The notes under the pieces: generated by a model
Seen by the model: the letters and a program-made list of their open reading frames with translations, nothing else
What the model was told of the DNA's origin: nothing
The model's database searches: none
Made by a program: the position numbers and the translations under genes
Source: an uncultured Dysgonomonas sp.
Lineage (GTDB): Bacteria > Bacteroidota > Bacteroidia > Bacteroidales > Dysgonomonadaceae
DNA length: 64,000 nucleotides
Direction of reading: 5' to 3'
NCBI GenBank assembly: GCA_945273835.1
Contig: CALYPL010000001.1
Coordinates: 15,540-79,539, forward strand
Shown: in pieces, positions 33,419 to 42,191 of the stretch
Layout of the letters: each line of letters opens with the position of its first letter
How positions within the stretch are numbered: position 1 is the stretch's first letter

Positions 33419-35410
33419 ATGAACATTAGATTATCCATCGTTCTGCTTTCCCTTTTGGCAACCATACCGACTGCATTCAAAGCACAGCAATATAAGGTAC
33501 CTGAGAGTACATATAATACTACATGGCAACAAAATGCTTTTAATGACAACTGGTATATATCATTCGGAGCAGGAGCACAAGTAATCATGGCTGAAGATGA
33601 CAGCAAAGCCAGTTTAGGTTCAAGAGTAACATTCGCACCATCATTAACTATCGGAAAATACTTCTCGCCTATTTTTGGGCTTCGTACGAACTTCACAGGA
33701 GGGTCGCTCCACGGATTCAATGACGGACAAGATGGGGTATATCGCAAATGGACTAAAAATAATAGTTCATATATGGGTAATGGTTATAACGGATTAGCAG
33801 GTTATCCAAAACAGATCGGTGCTCCATTTTTCACAGTCGATCCATCATGGGCTTACAGAGGATGGGATGTTAATGATAAAATGATGTTTGCCGAAAACAA
33901 AAATGGAGGTTATCAGTGGATACCCGGCAAAAATGGTGAATTATACATGCAGCATGTTCGTTATGCAGCTGTTAACTTGAATGCCGTGATTAACTTCACT
34001 GAGCTTTTCAAACAATATGTTCCAGATAGATCATTTGACCTTTCTGCCTTTGGAGGACCAACACTTTTCCAAGTGTTTTCACATATGGGTAATCGAGGAT
34101 ATGCTTACTTCGGTATGAACTTAGGTTTAAATGCCAAGATAAGGATGAATGATTTTACAGATTTCTTTATGGAAGGAAACTTCACTGTTTATCCCGACGA
34201 TTTTGACGGACATATCGGAGGAAGTGGAGGAGATATTGTGACACAGTTGACCGCAGGAGTTTCATGTAAAATCGGAAAACAATACTGGGAAAGATGTGAT
34301 CACGCAGATTATTCTCTTATTGCCCGCCTTAACGACGAAATCAACAAGTTGCGCAACAAACCATGTTGTCCGCTTATAGAGCCGGTAAAACCATTACCAT
34401 CACTCTCAATAACATATATACGTCCTGAAGAAGAAAAGGTTAAGAAACGTGAAATTAGCGGTGAAGCCTTTGTAATATTCCCTGTTGGGCGTATAGAACT
34501 CAACCCTTCATTAGGAAACAACATATACGAATTATCTAAAATTACAAAATCAATTGATTTTCTTAATGAAGAATCTGATATTAATATAGACCAAATATAT
34601 ATTACAGGTTATGCATCTCCTGAAGGTAATGAACAATCAAACTACCGTTTATCAGAAGGACGTTCTCGCTCGTTAACAGAGTATGTAAGAACAATGTATA
34701 ATCTTAGCCCTAATTTATTCCAAGTTCGTTCAAATGGCGAAAACTGGGATGGTTTACTTGAAAAATTGGATAATACAAGTTTAAGCGAACAAGAGAAGAT
34801 GGATGTTAAAAACATCATTACAAGCAATTACAATATTGTTACTCGTAAAAGTCGCTTACAAGCTTATCAAGGAGGACGCGTATACCGCTATCTGTTGAAT
34901 GACGTTTATCCGGGATTACGCCGTACAGATTACAAAATTGAATTTACTGTACCACAATTCACAGTTGAAAGAGGACGTCAGTTAATTAATACTAAGCCAA
35001 CGATGTTGAGTCAATTTGAAATATATCAAATTGCAAATTCTTATCCGAAAGGAAGTCCGGAATTTGTAAGGGCAATTGAAATAGGGTTGACAATTTATCC
35101 TAACGATCCGATTTCAATTATTAACGCGGCAGCAGTAGCCCTCGAACGCGACGAGCTTGAACGTGCAGCATCATATCTTGAAAAAGTGAAAACCGATACT
35201 CGTGCATTGAATAACTTGGGAGTGTTGTATATGCTACAAGGAAAAACTCAAGATGCAACGGTTTACTTCAGATTAGCCGTTGAGAATGGGGATGAGAGAG
35301 CTGCTCAGAATTTGAAAGAAATAAATGGAATATCTGACAAGATGAGAAAATATAACGAGGATATGCAAAAGTATCTTGAGGCTTTAGAAAAAGTAAATAA
35401 AGACAAATAA
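33419..35410 (+). CDS. Outer-membrane protein: OmpA-type beta-barrel + OmpA-like periplasmic domain + TPR
   Basis: Signal peptide; NWYISFGAG, GKYFSPIFGLR, FDGHIGG barrel motifs; GYASPEG...N..LSEGR OmpA-like domain; C-terminal TPR (ALNNLGVLY...A..YF..A). Confidence 0.78.
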   Translation: MNIRLSIVLLSLLATIPTAFKAQQYKVPESTYNTTWQQNAFNDNWYISFGAGAQVIMAEDDSKASLGSRVTFAPSLTIGKYFSPIFGLRTNFTGGSLHGFNDGQDGVYRKWTKNNSSYMGNGYNGLAGYPKQIGAPFFTVDPSWAYRGWDVNDKMMFAENKNGGYQWIPGKNGELYMQHVRYAAVNLNAVINFTELFKQYVPDRSFDLSAFGGPTLFQVFSHMGNRGYAYFGMNLGLNAKIRMNDFTDFFMEGNFTVYPDDFDGHIGGSGGDIVTQLTAGVSCKIGKQYWERCDHADYSLIARLNDEINKLRNKPCCPLIEPVKPLPSLSITYIRPEEEKVKKREISGEAFVIFPVGRIELNPSLGNNIYELSKITKSIDFLNEESDINIDQIYITGYASPEGNEQSNYRLSEGRSRSLTEYVRTMYNLSPNLFQVRSNGENWDGLLEKLDNTSLSEQEKMDVKNIITSNYNIVTRKSRLQAYQGGRVYRYLLNDVYPGLRRTDYKIEFTVPQFTVERGRQLINTKPTMLSQFEIYQIANSYPKGSPEFVRAIEIGLTIYPNDPISIINAAAVALERDELERAASYLEKVKTDTRALNNLGVLYMLQGKTQDATVYFRLAVENGDERAAQNLKEINGISDKMRKYNEDMQKYLEALEKVNKDK

Positions 35411-35428
35411 TTATAATATCATCTTTTG

Positions 35429-35460
35429 AAAGCCGGGCTAATAATTAGTCCGGCTTTTTT
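35429..35460 (+). terminator. Intrinsic terminator after the OmpA-like gene
   Basis: AAAGCCGGGCTAAT-A-ATTAGTCCGGCTTTTTT hairpin with U-tract. Confidence 0.85.
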
Positions 35461-35530
35461 TATTGCTAAAAAGAATCATAAATAACTTTCATTACCTTAG
35501 ACAAATAATTCTAAATCTAATTTTCCGGAC

Positions 35531-37357
35531 ATGAAACAAAGAGTATTCCTATTTCTAAGTGTTTATCTATACTTTATTCTCCTTTTTATTATAGAAAAAT
35601 CTGCTTTCTACGCATTACTACTACCCGCCGCAAATCAATATAATTTACAAGATTATCTTTCAGTTTTATATCATGGTTTGAGGTTAGACTTCTCAATGAG
35701 CGGTTATCTAACAATTATTCCGGCTCTCCTAATTGTCAGCACTATCTGGATAAACTCAACCATTATCTCTAAACTATTTAATATTTATTATGTCATAATT
35801 ATCAGCTTGATTGTTATCATAGTTGTAACCGATATAGCATTATATCCTCACTGGGGTTACCATTTCGATGCAAATCTGTTCCTTTATTTAAAGAACCCGA
35901 AAGAGGCATTGGCAAGCAGTACTATGACTGAACTACTGTTAGGTGTTTTAACCTTGATAATTACATTCGTAGTATTTTATTTTGGTTATATATGGTTTAT
36001 AAAAATTCAGATTAACAAGATCACGCCGCCCAAATCAGCAATAAAAACATTCTTGATACTACTTTTATTAACAGCGTTTCTCTTTATACCCATAAGAGGC
36101 GGAGTTACCGTTTCAACCATGAATACAGGAAAAGCATATTTCAGCGAAAAAATGTTTTTGAATCATGCCGCAATCAATCCTCAGTTCAATTTGCTTTACT
36201 CACTTTCTAAAACTGAAGACTTCGCTTCTCAATATCAATTCTTCCCTGCTAAGGAAGCCGATAGCATATTCAACAATCTCAACGTTATCCAACCATCCGC
36301 TAATGAAGAATATGTACTGAAGAATCAAAAGCCAAATATAATATTTATCATATTAGAAAGTTTTTCCGCTAACATCATTCAAAGTTTGGATGGTGAGAGT
36401 ATAACCCCGAATTTGGACAGAATAGCTTCTGAAGGCATACTTTTCACAAACTTCTATTCCAATAGTTTTCGGACTGACAGAGGTTTGGTTTCAATCCTAA
36501 GCGGATATCCGGGACATCCGACTACAGCGGTTATAAAATATCCGCAAAAGACGCAATCTCTGCCTTCAATTCCACACTCGTTAAAAGATATGGGTTACGA
36601 TCTGTCGTTCTATTATGGAGGCGATGCAGATTTCGCAAATATGAGATCATACATAGTGGGATGTTGCGAAATCAACAAGATATGTTCTGATAAAGATTTT
36701 CCGCTTAATCAACGATTGACTAAATGGGGTGTGCCGGATGAATATGTTATGCAAAAAGCTACGTCAGATATATTAGCCAATAAATTTAAACATCCTTTCT
36801 TTTCGCTGATACTCACTCTGAGTAGCCACGAGCCTTTCGATGTTCCGACAAGAAAATACGAAGAACCGTTTCTTAACTCTGTTGCTTATACCGACAGTTG
36901 TATCGGCAAGTTTATTAATAATATAAAAAACAGTCCATTATGGGATAATACGCTTATTATTATGACGGCTGATCACCCAATGCAATATTATCCCCAAGGG
37001 TTAAACAATTACGATCCGCAACGATTTCACATACCTATGATTTGGACAGGGGGAGCTATAAAAAAACCGCAAATTGTTAGTGATTATGGTTCTCAGAATG
37101 ACATTGCGGCTACTTTGCTTTCTCAATTAAAGCTACCGACCAACAAATTCAGATTCAGCAAGGATATGTTTAATAATGGCTCGCAAAAATTTGCTTTTTA
37201 TTCATATGTTAACGGATTCTCGATGACAGATAGTAGCGGTACTATAATTTTCGATAATAACAAGAACGATATCATCACCCTCACAGGCGATTCTGCCTTA
37301 ATAAAAAAATCTAAAGCATTTTTTCAGACAATGTATTCTGATTTGGGAAAACGTTAG
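35531..37357 (+). CDS. LTA synthase family / alkaline-phosphatase-superfamily membrane transferase
   Basis: About 5 N-terminal TM helices, PNIIFIILESF, FRTDRG (catalytic Thr position), LTLSSHEPF, YTD, TADH. Confidence 0.82.
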   Translation: MKQRVFLFLSVYLYFILLFIIEKSAFYALLLPAANQYNLQDYLSVLYHGLRLDFSMSGYLTIIPALLIVSTIWINSTIISKLFNIYYVIIISLIVIIVVTDIALYPHWGYHFDANLFLYLKNPKEALASSTMTELLLGVLTLIITFVVFYFGYIWFIKIQINKITPPKSAIKTFLILLLLTAFLFIPIRGGVTVSTMNTGKAYFSEKMFLNHAAINPQFNLLYSLSKTEDFASQYQFFPAKEADSIFNNLNVIQPSANEEYVLKNQKPNIIFIILESFSANIIQSLDGESITPNLDRIASEGILFTNFYSNSFRTDRGLVSILSGYPGHPTTAVIKYPQKTQSLPSIPHSLKDMGYDLSFYYGGDADFANMRSYIVGCCEINKICSDKDFPLNQRLTKWGVPDEYVMQKATSDILANKFKHPFFSLILTLSSHEPFDVPTRKYEEPFLNSVAYTDSCIGKFINNIKNSPLWDNTLIIMTADHPMQYYPQGLNNYDPQRFHIPMIWTGGAIKKPQIVSDYGSQNDIAATLLSQLKLPTNKFRFSKDMFNNGSQKFAFYSYVNGFSMTDSSGTIIFDNNKNDIITLTGDSALIKKSKAFFQTMYSDLGKR

Positions 37358-37360
37358 GTT

Positions 37361-37951
37361 TTAAGCCTTGATAAATAGTTTAAGTTCTTGATATAGCCGC
37401 TGAACGGGTAATCCCATAATATTGTAATATGAGCCGGAAATATGTTCTACACCAACATAACCTATCCATTCCTGAATGCCATATGCCCCGGCTTTGTCGA
37501 AGGGTTTGTATTTATTTACATAGTAGGAAATATCCGCACTGTCTAATTGTGCAAAACGGACTTCAGACCGAACGCCGAAGGCATGCTGTTTATCTAATGA
37601 GGTTATGCAAACTCCTGTTACTACCTGATGTGTTTTATCTGATAATTCGCTGAGCATACGGCAAGCTTCATTCGCATCTTTGGGTTTACCAAACACTGTC
37701 TCACCTAAAAGGACGATTGTATCGGCTGTGATAAGCAAGCTGTTATCTGAAAGGTAATCTTTATAGGCACGAGCTTTTTCTTTAGCCAGATAGACCGGAA
37801 TTTCAGTTTTTCGAATGTTTGAGGGGTAAGACTCATCGATATCGGGCAATACCATCACTCTATATTGAATATCAAGTCCCGACATTAGTTCTTTTCTTCG
37901 GGGCGAGTTACTCGCCAAAATTACATCGTAAGCTGATAGGTCCAAATTCAT
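37361..37951 (-). CDS. maf: Maf-like nucleoside triphosphate pyrophosphatase
   Basis: ILASNSPRRKEL, ITADTIV, GKP, LSDKTHQV, DKAGAYGIQ, NIMGLP. Confidence 0.93.
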   Translation of the reverse strand: MNLDLSAYDVILASNSPRRKELMSGLDIQYRVMVLPDIDESYPSNIRKTEIPVYLAKEKARAYKDYLSDNSLLITADTIVLLGETVFGKPKDANEACRMLSELSDKTHQVVTGVCITSLDKQHAFGVRSEVRFAQLDSADISYYVNKYKPFDKAGAYGIQEWIGYVGVEHISGSYYNIMGLPVQRLYQELKLFIKA

Positions 37952-38400
37952 TATTTAAAGCTTTTCTCCATTTCAAGCAAATAGCTTTTCATCTCAAGTC
38001 CATAAGCATAGCCACCGAGTTTGCCTCCTTCGTTCAATACCCGATGACAGGGTACGATAATGCAGATATTGTTTTTTCCGTTAGCCGAACCTACTGCTCT
38101 GAATCCTTTTGGCGAACCTATTGCGATAGCTTCGTCTTTATAAGATACTGTTTCGCCATACGGAATAGAGCAAAGATAATCCCAAGCCTGTTGCTGAAAT
38201 GGTGTACCATTCTGTTTTAGTGGTAAATCAAAAACTTTCCGTTTGCCGGCAAAATATTCTTTAAGTTGATTAATCGCTTCGACTAATAAAGGGGAACTAT
38301 CATTCATACCGGCTTTTTCTGCAATGGTGACCGATACGATAAATCCATTATTCTCCTGAATGCGTATTATTCCGACTGGCGATTGGAGGAACGCAACCAT
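37951..38400 (-). CDS. ogt: Methylated-DNA--protein-cysteine S-methyltransferase
   Basis: GTPFQQQAW, IPYGETVSY, RAVGSAN, IVPCHRV active site, K..LL..E. Confidence 0.93.
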   Translation of the reverse strand: MVAFLQSPVGIIRIQENNGFIVSVTIAEKAGMNDSSPLLVEAINQLKEYFAGKRKVFDLPLKQNGTPFQQQAWDYLCSIPYGETVSYKDEAIAIGSPKGFRAVGSANGKNNICIIVPCHRVLNEGGKLGGYAYGLEMKSYLLEMEKSFK

Positions 38401-39419
38401 GATTTTTTCTTTTTAACAGGTTTTTCACTTGTCCAGTTCCAATTAATCATCTGACGCAGCCGTTTTAGAAAGCGTTTCGATGGTTTATCCCGAAGGTAAG
38501 ATTCTATATGACGTTTCTTTTTTTCTTCAAGAATATCGTCCATACTTATCAGAATACCTGTTTCTTCAACGTTACCAAAGTCATCATTGATAGCGGTTCC
38601 AAATACTTTCATTTCGGGCGACAGACTCATATAGGCATTGACTAATGGGGGAATATTTAATCCAAGTTTGCGCACAGCTCCGTTTAATATTTTATAGTCC
38701 GATTTGAATGTCGAACCACAAAACAACTTCTCTAACTTGTCAGTGTCTGCCTCGATATTTACTGAGTTTTTGGGATAAACTAATTTTTCTTTATCGGGGA
38801 AATGCTTATTTAGAAAATACAGGATCATATCACGTGCTTCGGTGTTGTATGTATCGTACATCGTCATCTTACCGAAGAAATATTTCATAGACGGGTCTGC
38901 TACCCACAAAGCTCCTAATCCATCCCATAGATTATCCAAAGCGAAGATTCCACGTGAACCAGCAAGTGTTGATTGATATTCGAGGGTTACAAATGAACGT
39001 CCTAACTCGAATGTGTGCGGCAAATATTCTTTAATAAACTTTTTAGAAAAGTTGAACAGATGTGAAGTCGCCAAATGAGGTTCGCCATTATCATCAATGG
39101 TGATATCGGGACCGCATATAAAACGATAGCCTCCCACAATCTCTTCATCTTCGGGATTCCATACAATCAATTGCTTGTAGGGATTATCCATCACATCATA
39201 TTCATCTATATCGACAGGTTTACCTGTACCTCCACCATAGTAACGAAAAGCTATTTCACGCAAACGACCAATTTCAAGCATCACGTTTGGCGAATTGTGA
39301 TGGGTAACAATATAAATTTCATTATTGGCTTTATTACTATGCCTTAGAAATTTATCTTTTGTAAGTTCCGATTTCAGGACTTCTTTGTCAATCGGTGCTA
39401 TTATAGGGTCTCCGGTCAT
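38367..39419 (-). CDS. GNAT N-acyltransferase, glycine-lipid synthase GlsB/ChoA-like
   Basis: EIGRLREIAFR..GGGTG...DIDEYD, YKQLIVWNP, ELGRSFVTLEYQST, LDNLWDGLGAL, IPPLVNAYMSLSP, FG.VEETGI closely follow my recollection of the Bacteroides GlsB/ChoA family. Confidence 0.8.
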   Translation of the reverse strand: MTGDPIIAPIDKEVLKSELTKDKFLRHSNKANNEIYIVTHHNSPNVMLEIGRLREIAFRYYGGGTGKPVDIDEYDVMDNPYKQLIVWNPEDEEIVGGYRFICGPDITIDDNGEPHLATSHLFNFSKKFIKEYLPHTFELGRSFVTLEYQSTLAGSRGIFALDNLWDGLGALWVADPSMKYFFGKMTMYDTYNTEARDMILYFLNKHFPDKEKLVYPKNSVNIEADTDKLEKLFCGSTFKSDYKILNGAVRKLGLNIPPLVNAYMSLSPEMKVFGTAINDDFGNVEETGILISMDDILEEKKKRHIESYLRDKPSKRFLKRLRQMINWNWTSEKPVKKKKSWLRSSNRQSE

Positions 39420-39430
39420 TAGCTGCGTAA

Positions 39431-40246
39431 TTATAAATTATAAGCCTTTTCTTGAATATATTCTGCCCACTGAGCAGGGGTACGGCTTTTATCGAAAAAT
39501 GTATATTCAATAGGTTTACCAAAAGTTATTGTGAATGTCTGTCCCTTGTTCTTAAACATTTCATCAGGAAGCAAGAGCATCTCTATGTTAAAACCTATGC
39601 CCAATTGTTTTCTAATATTTGCAAATCTATAAAAGAAATTTGAGTTATGTGCCGAAAAGTGTATCGGGACTATATCCCTTTTAGATTCAACAGCTTTTTG
39701 GATAAAATTTTTTCTCCATGCCAAATCAGTGATCTTGCCTCCTTGCTTTCGGGAACATAATCCTGCTGGAAATGTTATAATCTGATTTTCCGAATTATAT
39801 GCTTGATCAATTAATGATGCCGCTCTTCGGGATTGAGCTCCGTGTTTATTGATTGGAACAAATATTGGTTGCAAATTCTCAATTTCAAGCAAAATATCAT
39901 TAACAAGATACTTAATATGCTTATTATATTTCTGACCGATAACGGCTGACAGGCATATGCCGTCAAGTCCTCCAAGTGGATGGTTAGACGCAAAAACGAA
40001 ACGACCGTCTGATGGCACATTTTCTAAACCTCTGACGTCCAAGGTCAGATCGAAATACTCGACACAGGATGCAGCAAAATCAACACCTATCTTGTCCTGA
40101 TAGCGTCGCAAAATATCGTTCAATTCTTCGAGATGTATTTTACGCTTCAAATATTTAAGCACAAAACTCGGAATCTTATTATATAAACCTGGTGCTTTTG
40201 CAATTATTACTTCATCCAGATTTAGTTGAAAAGGCTCTTTATCCAT
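39431..40246 (-). CDS. PlsC-family acyltransferase, GlsA-like O-acyltransferase
   Basis: FASNHPLGGLDG (HxxxxD), FVPINK, FPAG..SR, VPIHF; directly upstream of the GlsB-like gene. Confidence 0.8.
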   Translation of the reverse strand: MDKEPFQLNLDEVIIAKAPGLYNKIPSFVLKYLKRKIHLEELNDILRRYQDKIGVDFAASCVEYFDLTLDVRGLENVPSDGRFVFASNHPLGGLDGICLSAVIGQKYNKHIKYLVNDILLEIENLQPIFVPINKHGAQSRRAASLIDQAYNSENQIITFPAGLCSRKQGGKITDLAWRKNFIQKAVESKRDIVPIHFSAHNSNFFYRFANIRKQLGIGFNIEMLLLPDEMFKNKGQTFTITFGKPIEYTFFDKSRTPAQWAEYIQEKAYNL

Positions 40247-40280
40247 CCCATTTAACCTGATATATTGTCATATCTATTTA

Positions 40281-40288
40281 CAAAAATA
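40281..40288 (-). promoter_or_regulatory. -7 box for the acyltransferase-GNAT-ogt-maf operon
   Basis: TATTTTTG on the minus strand, 35 nt before the ATG. Confidence 0.5.
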
Positions 40289-40394
40289 AAAGATTTTACT
40301 ATAATACTCACAATGCAAATATATAATAAATACAAATTTGGACGATTTGTTAATTTTAGAGTGTAACTTTACATGCCAAAACAACTGAAACTGC

Positions 40395-40832
40395 ATGAAA
40401 TCATCAATCCTATACATTTTTCTAACATTGATGTTGTCATCAATAACTCCAATTAGAGCTCAAAAGGATAAGAAAAACAAGAGCAATGGCAGAATTATAA
40501 GGATAATTGAGGAAGAGTATGCTAAAGAAACTGCTGAAGGATTAGTTATAGTTGATTTTTACGCTCATTGGTGCGGCTCGTGCATGACGATGAATCCTAT
40601 ACTTCAGCGAATGGCTAAAGAACATTCCGAGGACATTAAAATTATCAAGGTTAATACGGATTTAAGTCAGAAACTGACTACACAGATGGAGGTAACGAGA
40701 TTGCCTACTATATTTATTTACAAAGATGGTGAAATAAAAAAACGGATAGTTGGTGCATTATCTCAGGAGGAGCTCGAAAAAATACTCAAACCTTATTTAC
40801 CGTCTTCTGTTCAACGACCAAAACGCAAATAA
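40395..40832 (+). CDS. Thioredoxin family protein with signal peptide
   Basis: VDFYAHWCGSC, KVNTD, RLPT (cis-Pro), RIVG; hydrophobic N-terminus ending in PIRA. Confidence 0.85.
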   Translation: MKSSILYIFLTLMLSSITPIRAQKDKKNKSNGRIIRIIEEEYAKETAEGLVIVDFYAHWCGSCMTMNPILQRMAKEHSEDIKIIKVNTDLSQKLTTQMEVTRLPTIFIYKDGEIKKRIVGALSQEELEKILKPYLPSSVQRPKRK

Positions 40833-41296
40833 GGAGCTACAACTGTTGATATCTCTCTCACGGGTTTATATGTTAACGAATTTTCCCGGATATCATGGGT
40901 TAATACTACTTGATTTTTATCCACCTCAGCCACAATGTTGAGTAAGACGCTGATGATGAAGAGACACGTCAATAAGCCTGACAGCCCGCCAAAAAACCTG
41001 TTAACGATATTAATTTTCACCGCTTTGAACAATGACTGAATGAGTTTACCCGCTATTATCAGTAACGTGAAAATTACGATAAACGACAGCATATATGACA
41101 GGGGCTTTATGATATGTGGAGAATTTCCAATCCAATCGGTAAGCAAGGGCGATAACCAATCAGCCAACTGCCCCGAAAAGAAAGAGCCTAATATCACTCC
41201 TCCCAATATCGTAAGCTGCATGATAAGACCAGTAATAAAGCCCGCAATAAAAGCGATTAAAGCCAACGTCAACACTATAATGTCAAATGTTTCCAT
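40811..41296 (-). CDS. CvpA (colicin V production) family membrane protein
   Basis: FDIIV...GFITGLIMQL, NRFFGGLSG; start moved to ATG 41296 because a -7 box (TACCTTTG, 41325..41332) lies inside the longer ORF. Confidence 0.8.
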   Translation of the reverse strand: METFDIIVLTLALIAFIAGFITGLIMQLTILGGVILGSFFSGQLADWLSPLLTDWIGNSPHIIKPLSYMLSFIVIFTLLIIAGKLIQSLFKAVKINIVNRFFGGLSGLLTCLFIISVLLNIVAEVDKNQVVLTHDIRENSLTYKPVREISTVVAPYLRFGR

Positions 41297-41396
41297 GAAA
41301 CTATATAATCCTGTAATAAAACAACAAAGGTAAGAATTATTGCAAACCCTCACCTTTATTATAGCTATTAATATCTTTTACTGACTATTTCTGATA

Positions 41397-41549
41397 TTAT
41401 CTTGGATATTCGTCAGATACTGTCAACTTAGCACGACCTTTTGCGCGGCGTGATGCTAAAACTCTACGTCCGTTAGCAGTAGCCATACGAGAACGGAATC
41501 CGTGTTTGTTCTTTCTTTTTCTGTTAGAGGGTTGAAAAGTTCTTTTCAT
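41397..41549 (-). CDS. rpmH: 50S ribosomal protein L34
   Basis: Manual translation (below the track length cut-off): [50 protein letters not shown]. Confidence 0.98.
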   Translation of the reverse strand: MKRTFQPSNRKRKNKHGFRSRMATANGRRVLASRRAKGRAKLTVSDEYPR

Positions 41550-41629
41550 CGCTATATAGTTTTCGTTATAATATTATCGGTCAAATTCGGGTTGCGAAAA
41601 TACGATATTTATTTAAGATAAGCAAGTTA

Positions 41630-42127
41630 TTAACATTTTATTTTATCGTAAACCTCAAATGAATGTGCGTATTGATTCTTTTCGTCAGCCAAATAAGTTT
41701 CATGATGAGCCAAACTCCATTCCGAAATATCTATTGACGGTAAGAACACATCTGCCCCGTTGAATTTGTGGTGTATCTTTGTCAGATACAACCTGTCTGC
41801 CAAGCCTAATGCCTGACTGTAAACGGAACCGCCTCCTATAACGAATACTTCATCTTCATGCATGCATAAAGCTATCGCTTCTTCAAGAGAAGATACCATT
41901 TCACAACGATCAAATTTAAGATCACGATCACGGGTGATTACAATATTTCTCCGATTAGGCAACGCACCTTTTGGCAATGATTCAAATGTCTTACGTCCCA
42001 TAATGACTGTATGACCTTCTGTCACACGCTTGAAGTATTTGAGATCGTTAGGAAGATGGCAAAGCAAATCGTTATCTTTACCAATTGCATTATTCTCGTC
42101 GGCGGCAACTATTATGGAAAGTATCAT
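41630..42127 (-). CDS. folA: Dihydrofolate reductase
   Basis: IVAADENNAIG, HLPNDLKYFK, IMGRKTFES, LPNRRNIV, IGGGSVY. Confidence 0.96.
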   Translation of the reverse strand: MILSIIVAADENNAIGKDNDLLCHLPNDLKYFKRVTEGHTVIMGRKTFESLPKGALPNRRNIVITRDRDLKFDRCEMVSSLEEAIALCMHEDEVFVIGGGSVYSQALGLADRLYLTKIHHKFNGADVFLPSIDISEWSLAHHETYLADEKNQYAHSFEVYDKIKC

Positions 42128-42191
42128 AAATCAATTCTTTATTTCAGATTTATCAATTATTGATAAGCGACGGTAACGTCGCAAGTTTATA

